Shown in pieces: positions 55,885 through 63,862 of a stretch of 64,000 nucleotides of DNA. The DNA comes from Gemmatimonadales bacterium (GTDB lineage: Bacteria > Gemmatimonadota > Gemmatimonadetes > Gemmatimonadales > GWC2-71-9). The notes beneath the pieces were generated by a model, which was not told where the DNA came from, made no database searches, and saw only the letters and a list, made by a program, of their open reading frames with translations. The number at the start of each line of letters is the position of its first letter. Position 1 is the stretch's first letter. Both the position numbers and the translations under genes were made by a program. Where the stretch lies: contig OZ252244.1 of NCBI GenBank assembly GCA_965249575.1, positions 1,046,434 to 1,110,433 of the forward strand, in the 5' to 3' direction.

Positions 55885-57111
55885 CTATTTTCGGCGGGCC
55901 TCCAACTCGGCTACCACGTCCTCGAGCGACAATTTGCGCGCACGTAGCTCGACGAGCACGTGATAGAGCACGTCGGCCGCCTCCCAGCGGGCGTGATCGC
56001 GTTCGGTAGCCTCCACTAACTCCTGAGCCTCTTCGAGGACCTTCCGGTGCCGGAGGTCCTGCTCCTCTAGCAGACGGCGCGTATAGCTGGATTCCGCGGC
56101 CCCACTCGCCCGTTTCGCGATCACGCCCTCCAACCCCTCGAGTGAAAACGGCCGGTCGCCGAAGCATGACTCGGTGCCTCGGTGACACGCCGGCCCCGCC
56201 GGCTCCACGAGAAACAGGAGAGCGTCGCGATCGCAGTCCACCTCGACCCGAATCAAGCGCTGAGTGTTCCCCGACTCCTCCCCTTTACGCCAGCGACCCC
56301 GACGCCGGGAGAATAGGATTGTCTCCCCTAGCTCGACGGCCTCGACCAGCGTATCACGGCTCGAGTGCGCCACCGTCAGTACCCGCCCGTCCCGGGCGTC
56401 CTGAATTACCGTCGGGCATGCACCACCGCCTTTATCGAAATTGACGATCGCCGCGAGGCAGTCTGCCGGTTTCAGATAGCCCTTATACAGTGCCATGCCG
56501 ACCTGGGCATCGACCCCCAGACGATCCAACGCCACGATCTCCTCCATGCTGGTGATACCGCCGGCGGCCGTCACGGGAAGGTCCGTAGCGCGGCGCAGGG
56601 CCTCGACCCGCTTCAGATCGGCCCCGCTCTCCGTGCCCTCACGCTCGACGATGGTGTAGAGAAAACCGGAGACGTACGGAGTGAGCCGCTGAGCTCGCTC
56701 GATGGGCGACTCGGCGAGTACGAATGTCCAGCCGCGGTCGACCACCTTGTCGTCGCGTGCGTCGACTGCCGCGAGAAGGCGTGCACTTGGGAGCTGCGAC
56801 AAAAACTCCGGTTCCGCTTTGGTGCCAATCACCAGCTTCCGGGCACCAGCGCGGAGCAGCCGCTCGGCTCGGTCGATGGTACGTATCCCTCCTCCCACGC
56901 GGCAGGGCGCCACACCGCAGATCTCTTCGACCATCGTGAGGTTGTCACCGCTTCCGAGCGCAGCGTCCAGATCCACAACTGCGATCTCGCCGACACGTGA
57001 GAACTCCTCGGCGAGCTCCCGCGGATCGCGCTCGGAGGTCACGACCAGCTCCCGCCCTTGCCGCAGCTGAACCGCGCGGCCACCCGCGATGTCGATACTC
57101 GGGATCAGCAT
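55885..57111 (-). CDS. hisA/hisIE: Fused HisA-like isomerase + phosphoribosyl-AMP cyclohydrolase + phosphoribosyl-ATP pyrophosphatase (hisA-hisI-hisE in one ORF)
   Basis: A single 408-aa ORF. MLIPSIDIAGGRAVQLRQG...VVDLDAA...GGGIRT...VTAAGGITS (HisA fold). CPTVIQDARDGRVLTVAHSS...SRRRGRWRKGEESGNTQ...DCDRDALLFLVEPAGPACHRGTESCF (HisI). SYTRRLLE...KVLEEAQELVEA...EAADVLYHVLVEL (HisE). Confidence 0.85.
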   Translation of the reverse strand: MLIPSIDIAGGRAVQLRQGRELVVTSERDPRELAEEFSRVGEIAVVDLDAALGSGDNLTMVEEICGVAPCRVGGGIRTIDRAERLLRAGARKLVIGTKAEPEFLSQLPSARLLAAVDARDDKVVDRGWTFVLAESPIERAQRLTPYVSGFLYTIVEREGTESGADLKRVEALRRATDLPVTAAGGITSMEEIVALDRLGVDAQVGMALYKGYLKPADCLAAIVNFDKGGGACPTVIQDARDGRVLTVAHSSRDTLVEAVELGETILFSRRRGRWRKGEESGNTQRLIRVEVDCDRDALLFLVEPAGPACHRGTESCFGDRPFSLEGLEGVIAKRASGAAESSYTRRLLEEQDLRHRKVLEEAQELVEATERDHARWEAADVLYHVLVELRARKLSLEDVVAELEARRK

Positions 57112-57875
57112 AGCCTCACGTCTACGCCTCGTCGTACCAAGTACTCTTTCACGTCACGAACGGAGTAAGTGCCGTCGTGAAACATTCCGGCTCCCAGAGC
57201 CGCGGATGCCTTGCCCTCGACGAGGACTTGCCTGAAGTGGTCGGGGGTGCCGGCGCCCCCCGAAGCGATGACCGGAATCGGCACTGCCTCCGCGATCCCG
57301 CGCGTGTAGGGAACGTCGAACCCCTCCCGCGTGCCATCCGCGTCGATGACGTTGAGCAAGATCTCGCCAGCGCCACACGCTACCGAGCGAATGGCGAACT
57401 CGAGCGCGTCGAGCGCTGTTTCCTCGCGTCCACCCCGCCGCGTCACCCTGCACCGCTCACTGTCCACGTGGAGCGCGTCGATGGACAGAATGACCGCCTG
57501 GGAGCCCGCCCGCTCGGCAACCTTCCCCAACACGCCGGGATCGTGAGTCGCTGCGGAGCCAATCGAGATCCGATCAGCTCCGGCATCGAGAAGTCGCAGG
57601 GCGTCCTCCCAACTGCGCACCCCCCCGCCAACCGAGAACGGGACGAACAGCTGCCGCGCGACCCGACCGACCCAGTCGAGCCGCGTGCTTCGGCCTTCAC
57701 CGGTGATCGCGGAGGCCTCGATATCCAGAAAACTGATCTCGTCCGCACCTTGATCGGCGTAGCGCGCCGCCAACTCGACGAGGTCGCCCTGATCCCTCAG
57801 GTTCTTGAACTTTGTCCCCTTCACGACGCGCCCGTTGGCCACGTCCAAGCACACGACGATGCGCGGCCAACTCAT
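57105..57875 (-). CDS. hisF: Imidazole glycerol phosphate synthase, cyclase subunit
   Basis: IVVCLDVANGRVVKGTKFKNLRD...DEISFLDI...SVGGGVRS...VIASGGAG. Confidence 0.95.
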   Translation of the reverse strand: MSWPRIVVCLDVANGRVVKGTKFKNLRDQGDLVELAARYADQGADEISFLDIEASAITGEGRSTRLDWVGRVARQLFVPFSVGGGVRSWEDALRLLDAGADRISIGSAATHDPGVLGKVAERAGSQAVILSIDALHVDSERCRVTRRGGREETALDALEFAIRSVACGAGEILLNVIDADGTREGFDVPYTRGIAEAVPIPVIASGGAGTPDHFRQVLVEGKASAALGAGMFHDGTYSVRDVKEYLVRRGVDVRLC

Positions 57876-58468
57876 ACCCCCGCCTCACCACCCCCAAGGG
57901 TCCGTGCCAGGATCTCAAGCCCGAGCTTTCCGGAGCGCTCGGGGTGGAACTGAAATCCGAGCACGCTACCCTCCTGGACGACCGCTGGGAAGGTCTCCCC
58001 CCACGTCGCCGTCGCCCGAACGGCACTCCGGTTTGCTGGCTCGACCACGAAGCTGTGCGCGAAATAAACCGGGCTCTGCGTCCGACCCGCTGGGGCCCAG
58101 CCGAGGTGCGGGACCGGCAGCCCTCCCGACTCGATGCGGCGCACCCTCCCTGGTATGAGACCCAAGCCGGCGACACCCGGCGCCTCTTCGGATTCGGAGA
58201 GCAGAAGCTGCAGACCGATGCAGATACCGATGATTCGGCGGTCCGCGGCCGCGTCGCGAATCGCGCCAGCCACGCCCGAGGCCGAGAGATTGGCCATCGC
58301 CGTGCCGTAATTCCCGACCCCAGGAAGCAGAATCGGGCCCTCTGACGGGAGATCAGCCGGAGACCGGATCAGCGTCTGAGGGATCCTCAGGCTTTCCAGC
58401 GCCCGGCGGGCATTCCCGAGATTGCCGGCGCCATAATCGATCACCGCCACCGGCGCCGCACCGCTCAT
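57872..58468 (-). CDS. hisH: Imidazole glycerol phosphate synthase, glutaminase subunit
   Basis: VAVIDYGAGNLGN...LPGVGNYG...GICIGLQLL...HSF...FQFHPE. Confidence 0.95.
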   Translation of the reverse strand: MSGAAPVAVIDYGAGNLGNARRALESLRIPQTLIRSPADLPSEGPILLPGVGNYGTAMANLSASGVAGAIRDAAADRRIIGICIGLQLLLSESEEAPGVAGLGLIPGRVRRIESGGLPVPHLGWAPAGRTQSPVYFAHSFVVEPANRSAVRATATWGETFPAVVQEGSVLGFQFHPERSGKLGLEILARTLGGGEAGV

Positions 58469-59079
58469 TCCAACACGCCTTTGGTGCTGGGTACCACGCC
58501 CGCCCGGGCCGGATCGTATGACACCGCGTCCGCGAGCGCCCGCCCGGCGCTCTTGAACAGGGCCTCGACCTTGTGATGTTCATTGTCACCGGCGTGCACC
58601 TTGAGGTGCCAGGCCGCACGACTTCCGTCAGCGACGGCTCGGAAGAACTCCGAGAGCAAATCGAGCTCCAAGTCGCCCTGACGCTCCTTTTCGAAGAGTG
58701 CCTCGAAGACGGAGTACGGCCGTCCCGATAGGTCCACTGCGCAGAACGCGAGTGCCTCGTCCATCGGAACGAACGCGCTGCCAAGCCGCCTGATGCCCTG
58801 GCGGTCTCCCAGCGCATCGCGGAGCGCCGCCCCCAGTGCGAGCCCGACGTCTTCGATCGTGTGGTGCTGGTCGACCTCGACATCTCCCTCGACCTCGAGT
58901 TCCATGTCGAGGTTGCCGTGGCGGCACATGGCGTCCAGCATATGGCCGAAGAACGGGATTGGCGTCGAGATCTTGGTTTGACCGCTGCCGTCGACCACAA
59001 GGCGCAGGTGGATCCGAGTCTCACCGGTCACTCGATCGACGACGGCCGTTCGTGTTTTCTTGATACGCCGTTTGGTCAT
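58465..59079 (-). CDS. hisB: Imidazoleglycerol-phosphate dehydratase (monofunctional)
   Basis: ATG 59079 (ATGA overlap with the hisC stop). ...TGETRI...IPFFGHMLD...DQHHTIEDVGLALG...HHKVEALFK. No N-terminal phosphatase domain. Confidence 0.95.
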   Translation of the reverse strand: MTKRRIKKTRTAVVDRVTGETRIHLRLVVDGSGQTKISTPIPFFGHMLDAMCRHGNLDMELEVEGDVEVDQHHTIEDVGLALGAALRDALGDRQGIRRLGSAFVPMDEALAFCAVDLSGRPYSVFEALFEKERQGDLELDLLSEFFRAVADGSRAAWHLKVHAGDNEHHKVEALFKSAGRALADAVSYDPARAGVVPSTKGVLE

Positions 59080-60890
59080 TCGTTCTCCCTGGGCGTGGAT
59101 GCCCGCTCCACCGCCACGCGCTGACGCAACGCCGCCGGAATCTCCCCAACGGATGACAGGACCGCTAAGGGCGCGTACCGGCGCAGGGCGGCGATTCGCC
59201 CGTCGACCGCACCGTATGGGGAATCGGCTGGGCAGATTCCGATGGTCGTGATGCCCGCCCGCCGGCCGGCGAGGAGGTCCGCGGCCGAATCGCCGGCGAG
59301 CCATGCAGACCGGACCCGCAGCTTGCGGAGCGCCGCTCGAATCGGTGCCGGATCGGGCTTTCGCTGGCGTACGTCGTCGGCGGTCACAACGGCGTCGAAC
59401 CAGTTGCCGACGCCGGCGCCGTCCAGCGCTAGCTCCGCATCCCGGCGCGGGCGTCCTGTCACGATCCCGAGCCTGGCTCGAGCGGCCAGCCACTTGAGAG
59501 ATCGTGCGGGAAGGAGCCACCGCTCTTTCGCGCGGAGGGCCGTCCGTCCGTTTCCTCCGTGATAGAGCGCGGTAAACCGCCGCTCGACCTCCGATCGGGG
59601 TGGCCGGACACCGAGCGCCCGCAGCGCGATACAGCTCGCGTCGATATCGTCGTTGGCGTCGACCCGGTTCTTCACGGCGAGCACTCGCTCTCGGGAAACG
59701 CCGGTCCCTTTTGCGAGAAAGCTCCTCACCGTCCGGTATACCGCCTCGTCGTAAGAGCGGCGAACGTCCACGAGCACACCGTCCATGTCGAAGAGGATCG
59801 CCTCGGGTAACGGCGCCAGCAGCAGCCGCACCTCGTCGAGCAGTCGGTCCACTTCGGCATCGGTGCCACTGCTGACTCGCACGAATCCCGCCATCCCCGG
59901 CAGGTGGCTCCGATCGCGGATCGCCACTCCTCTCCGCTCGAGCGCCTCACACACCATACGCGCCCGCTCCGCCGATCCGAGGTCCGCGAGAACGAAATTT
60001 GCTCGGGTCTTCAAACACGGCACGTCGAGCGCCCGGATACCCTTTGAAAGCCTGCCGACCGATCGCTTGGCCTGGCGGACGGTCGCACGAACGTGGGCCT
60101 CATCTTCGAGCGCAGCCAGGCCTACCGCGACTGCGTGTACCGTCACGGGGTACGGCACGTTGATGCGGTGCAGGAGCTCGATCAAGCGAGCGTTTCCGAT
60201 CAGGCCACCAATCCGCTCGCCGGCGAGGCCGAGCGCCTTCGAGAACGTCCGGGCGATCAAGACATTGGAAAGCCGCTTCGCGAGCGGCAGCACGCTGTCA
60301 CCGTAGAACTCACCGTATGCCTCGTCGACCAGGAAGAGCACGTCGCTATGCCGCCGCGCTTCGCGCTCCAGGAACGCGCGGGACGGAGCTCGGCCGGTGG
60401 GATTGTCCGGATACCCCAGGATGACGAGCTTGGGTCGCGCCGATCGGTCTTTGAGCGCCGCCCGGAACCCTGGCGACGGGAACGCGAACCCGTTTTCCCG
60501 ACTGCACGGAACGGCGCGAACGCACGCATCCCGTCGGGCAGCCGCCCAGCCGTACAGCTCGAAGGAAGGCGCTGCCATAACACACACATCACTCGGACCC
60601 AGGACGAGCTCGGCTGCCAGGGCGATCGCGGGTCCCGACCCCGAGGTCAACACGACCTGGTCGGGACGCACGCCAAGCCGCCTCGCCCACCGCTCCACGA
60701 GGGGACGTGTCTCGGGATATCGAGCGAGACGACTCGTGTCGAGAAGTCGTGCGGCTTCAGCGACCAGGGGAGAAGGCCCCAGCGGATTCTCGTTTCCGTC
60801 GAGGGCCACCGTCGCCCGGCCTTCAGAGAGCCGGCGATACGAAGGGAGAGCCTCCACAGCGGGCCGGACCACTACCCCGCCACCCTTCAC
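59076..60890 (-). CDS. hisC: Histidinol-phosphate aminotransferase fused to a C-terminal HAD-superfamily phosphatase domain
   Basis: HisC part: DGNENPLGP, YPDNPTG, VDEAYGEF, RTFSKALGLAGERIG. HAD part: motif I FDMDGVLVD, motif II IVTGRP, motif III RKPDP, motif IV LAGDSAADLLAG. Confidence 0.85.
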   Translation of the reverse strand: MKGGGVVVRPAVEALPSYRRLSEGRATVALDGNENPLGPSPLVAEAARLLDTSRLARYPETRPLVERWARRLGVRPDQVVLTSGSGPAIALAAELVLGPSDVCVMAAPSFELYGWAAARRDACVRAVPCSRENGFAFPSPGFRAALKDRSARPKLVILGYPDNPTGRAPSRAFLEREARRHSDVLFLVDEAYGEFYGDSVLPLAKRLSNVLIARTFSKALGLAGERIGGLIGNARLIELLHRINVPYPVTVHAVAVGLAALEDEAHVRATVRQAKRSVGRLSKGIRALDVPCLKTRANFVLADLGSAERARMVCEALERRGVAIRDRSHLPGMAGFVRVSSGTDAEVDRLLDEVRLLLAPLPEAILFDMDGVLVDVRRSYDEAVYRTVRSFLAKGTGVSRERVLAVKNRVDANDDIDASCIALRALGVRPPRSEVERRFTALYHGGNGRTALRAKERWLLPARSLKWLAARARLGIVTGRPRRDAELALDGAGVGNWFDAVVTADDVRQRKPDPAPIRAALRKLRVRSAWLAGDSAADLLAGRRAGITTIGICPADSPYGAVDGRIAALRRYAPLAVLSSVGEIPAALRQRVAVERASTPRENE

Positions 60891-61741
60891 GGGATCACCT
60901 TGCGGAGCGAGTACTCTAAGATGTCGCTTGCGCCGAGCTGCTTGAGTCGTGGCACGAGATCTGCGACCGCGGCCTCAGGCACCGCAGCCTTGAGCATGTG
61001 CGACCCGTCGGCGAGCTCCGCGATCGTCGGGCTCTTCATTGCTGGAAGCAGCTCGATGATCTCTTGCAAGTTGTCATTGGCGACGTTCATCTCGAGCATG
61101 ACACGGTTCCTCGCAGCCCGCACACCCTGCATGAGTAACATGAGGTCGTCGGCGAATTCCCGCACCTCCGTGCGCTCGAGCGACGACTCGCTAGCGATGA
61201 ACCGGGTCGACGAAGCCAGCACCGTCTCGACCACTCGCAGCCCGTTTTCCTTCAAGGTCCGACCGGTTGCCGAATTGTCCAGGATGAGATCGGCGTCTTC
61301 GGGTGGGAAGACCTCGGTGGCCCCATAGGAACGAACGAACCGGTATTTCCAGCCCTTCTGTTCGAGGAACCGGCGAGCAATGTTCTCATATTCAGAAACG
61401 ACGACTATGGGCTCGGTTCCCGACGGCGGCGCCCAGCCATGTGCGGCGGCAGCAACCAAGTGCACCGGTTCCAGCCCGAGATCATCGAGCTCGATGACGC
61501 GGGCACCGGTTTCGACGATCCAGTCATAACCGGTGAATCCGAGGTCGTGTCGCCCCAGCTCGACGAGCTGCGGGATGTTCTGCGCCTTGAGAACTTTGAA
61601 CTCCAATCGGGGGTCGCTCGACCTGGGACGGTACGACCGCTCATATCCCGTCACGGACACGCCCGCTTGCCCGAGCAGCACGATGAGGGAATCGAACATC
61701 CGGCCCTTGGGGAGCGCGATCGTTATCGGGTTTGCGTCCAC
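60887..61741 (-). CDS. hisG: ATP phosphoribosyltransferase, long form
   Basis: ...ITIALPKGRMFDSLIVLL... plus a C-terminal regulatory domain. Preferred GTG start at 61741 (AGGA 9 nt upstream); the track start 61801 is also GTG. Confidence 0.9.
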   Translation of the reverse strand: MDANPITIALPKGRMFDSLIVLLGQAGVSVTGYERSYRPRSSDPRLEFKVLKAQNIPQLVELGRHDLGFTGYDWIVETGARVIELDDLGLEPVHLVAAAAHGWAPPSGTEPIVVVSEYENIARRFLEQKGWKYRFVRSYGATEVFPPEDADLILDNSATGRTLKENGLRVVETVLASSTRFIASESSLERTEVREFADDLMLLMQGVRAARNRVMLEMNVANDNLQEIIELLPAMKSPTIAELADGSHMLKAAVPEAAVADLVPRLKQLGASDILEYSLRKVIP

Positions 61742-61834
61742 GATATCGCTGTTCCTGGCTCTAAAGGATGGTGCCGCTGTCCGCGCCGACCTTCGGCGCA
61801 CAAGGTTTCCGCCCCAGAGCGGGACCAGGCGCCC

Positions 61835-61870
61835 AAAAACGAAAACCCCCGGTCACGCGTGCCCCGGGGG
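61835..61870 (-). terminator. Intrinsic terminator between the leader ORF and hisG
   Basis: Minus strand: CCCCCGGGGCACG/CGTGACCGGGGG hairpin (61870-61846) followed by TTTTCGTTTTT (61845-61835). Confidence 0.6.
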
Positions 61871-61902
61871 AAGACTGGATCGCCTGTTTCGCGATGTCGT
61901 GG

Positions 61903-61998
61903 CTACAACGACGCACACGAGGCGGCCCTCATCCCGACCGGGGTCGATGGATGATGATGCCGCACATGGTGGTTCGAACCGAGAACGATAGTCCCCAT
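61903..61998 (-). CDS. Candidate his operon leader peptide (31 codons, 5 His within 7 codons)
   Basis: Own translation: ATG 61998 ... MGTIVLGSNHHVRHHHPSTPVGMRAASCASL, stop TAG 61905-61903. His codons CAC CAT .. .. CAT CAT CAT at 61971-61951. Too short for the ORF track. Confidence 0.5.
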   Translation of the reverse strand: MGTIVLGSNHHVRHHHPSTPVGMRAASCASL

Positions 61999-62009
61999 AA
62001 CGTGTACAG

Positions 62010-62038
62010 AGAGTAATCGGCCGCGATTTAGCGGTCAA
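62010..62038 (-). promoter_or_regulatory. Candidate promoter for the his leader transcript (TTGACC-N17-TACTCT)
   Basis: Minus strand: -35 TTGACC (62038-62033), 17-nt spacer, -10 TACTCT (62015-62010). The leader ATG is 11 nt after the -10 element. Confidence 0.3.
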
Positions 62039-62062
62039 GGGTTTCCGGAGGACGCACGAAGG

Positions 62063-63460
62063 ATGGGGCCCCGCAAGCCGTTCGAATGGCTGACCGTAGC
62101 CGTTGTCGCGCCGCTGCTGTTCGGCGGGTGTGCCACCGGCGTCGGGAGCCGAAGCCACGCTCGGCTCGTCGCCCGCATCGATTCGATCGCGGAGAAGGCC
62201 ATCGATGAGGGGCCGCTTGCGGGGCTGGCCATCTCTGTGACGCGGTGGAACGACACCCTCCTGGCATCCGGCTACGGCTACGCGGATCTCGATCGCAAAA
62301 TCCCGGCCGGACCCAATACAATCTTCCCCATCGCCTCGATCACGAAACAGATCACCGCCGTGGCCGTGCTGCAATTGGCGGAACGGGGCCAGCTGCAACT
62401 CAATGACGAGATCACTGAGTACCTCCCCGACTATCCCACCGGAGGGCACAAGATCGAGATCGAACATCTCCTCACGCACACCTCCGGCATCCGGAGCTTC
62501 ACGAGCCTGGGTGACACGTGGGCCCTGGAGGCCGACCCGTACCTGCCGCATGATGCCATGGTCGAGCTGTTCGCGAATGAGCCGTTCGACTTTCCGCCCG
62601 GGGAGAGCTTTCTCTACAGCAACTCGGGCTATTACCTCCTGGGGCTGATCATCGAGCGTGTGTCGGGCCAATCGTATGCCGATTACGTAAGGGAGCACAT
62701 CTTTGAGCCACTCGGCATGCGCGACTCGGGCTACTGCGATGACGAACCGAACGGCCGGACCGCGCTGGGTCATGTCCTGGATGGGGGAAGCCTCGTTCGG
62801 GTGCAGCCGACCGGTATGAGCCACCTCTACGCCGCGGGCTCGCTTTGCTCCACGGTGCTCGACCTCCTCACCTGGACACGATCGCTGCGCGAGCGAAAGC
62901 TCATGAACGCACTCTCGTACCGCCGGATGACGACGCCCGTGAAGCTCAAGGACGGCTCTGAAGCGAGTTACGGGTACGGACTCTTGCTGGGTGAGCTCGG
63001 GGGAAGGCGCATGATCGGGCACGGGGGCGGCATCGAGGGTTTCGCGACCCAGCTCTCGTACTACCCGGACCGCCGCGTTACCGTCGCCGTTCTCGCCAAC
63101 GCCGAGCACGCACGCACCCGACCGATCGCCGAGACCATCGCGCGGTGGGTCCTGGGAATCCCTGAGCCCGACGTGAAGGACCGGCCACTCGAGCCAGAGG
63201 AGCTTCCGAGATATCCAGGAGATTACGACCTGCGCGACGGCGTCCTTCATGTCTTCGAGCAGGACGGCGAGATCCTGGCACGTTTCGGCCAGAGCGACCC
63301 CATTCGCCTGCGCTATCAAGGCGCCGACGTGTTCGTGGCGGAATCCGACGCGACGATGGAGCTTCGGTTCGTAGTGAGCCGCGGGAGAGCCCGAAAAGTC
63401 GTTCTGACCATCGCCGACCTCTCCCTCGACGCCGACCGCATCGCCGAAATAACCCCGTAA
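62063..63460 (+). CDS. Serine hydrolase of the beta-lactamase/PBP (class C-like) family, lipoprotein
   Basis: Signal VAVVAPLLFGGCATG. SxxK motif ASITKQ, YxN motif YSNSGY, HGG near the C-terminal third. Confidence 0.85.
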   Translation: MGPRKPFEWLTVAVVAPLLFGGCATGVGSRSHARLVARIDSIAEKAIDEGPLAGLAISVTRWNDTLLASGYGYADLDRKIPAGPNTIFPIASITKQITAVAVLQLAERGQLQLNDEITEYLPDYPTGGHKIEIEHLLTHTSGIRSFTSLGDTWALEADPYLPHDAMVELFANEPFDFPPGESFLYSNSGYYLLGLIIERVSGQSYADYVREHIFEPLGMRDSGYCDDEPNGRTALGHVLDGGSLVRVQPTGMSHLYAAGSLCSTVLDLLTWTRSLRERKLMNALSYRRMTTPVKLKDGSEASYGYGLLLGELGGRRMIGHGGGIEGFATQLSYYPDRRVTVAVLANAEHARTRPIAETIARWVLGIPEPDVKDRPLEPEELPRYPGDYDLRDGVLHVFEQDGEILARFGQSDPIRLRYQGADVFVAESDATMELRFVVSRGRARKVVLTIADLSLDADRIAEITP

Positions 63461-63862
63461 CAACGCGCCTACATCCGTCGCCAGGGAAAGCCGCTTCGAT
63501 CGACTGGGAAGGAGCGTGGTCTGCTCTGAGTCGGACCTTCGCGTGGGCGGCCGTAATGTCTACCGGCACGGCCCAAGGACGATCCGAGGTTCGCGTGCGA
63601 CGTCAGGTACGAGGATATCGTCGCGGACAAACGGCTCGTGGTCGTTGAGAGAGTCACGACCGGGGACCGGCCGCTGTCGGTATCGCTAGTAACCTGGGAG
63701 CGGCTCGCGGAGAGCGGTGGAACCAAGCTCGTACTCGGGAAACAGCTCGTTTCGTTCGTGGGAGCGGAAATGGTGGAGGGGTCGAAGTCAGGAACGGTTA
63801 TGGCACTCGACAACCTGGGGGCTTTGCTGGCTCGGGGGAGTGCGAAAACGGCATCTGATTAG
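63453..63862 (+). pseudogene. SRPBCC/AHSA1-like protein remnant (5'-truncated, one frameshift at the C-run 63572-63574)
   Basis: Frame 0 reads ...SESDLRVGGRNVYRHGP, then the other frame reads KDDPRFACDVRYEDIVADKRLVVVERVTTGDRPLSVSLVTWERLAESGGTKLVLGKQ... No start codon or N-terminal ~40 aa between it and the upstream stop. Confidence 0.45.

Noticed and set aside
61853-63463. 536-aa ORF on the minus strand
   Set aside because: It lies antisense to the serine hydrolase gene (SxxK and YxN motifs on the plus strand). It has shadow-frame composition and would also run through the his leader region.
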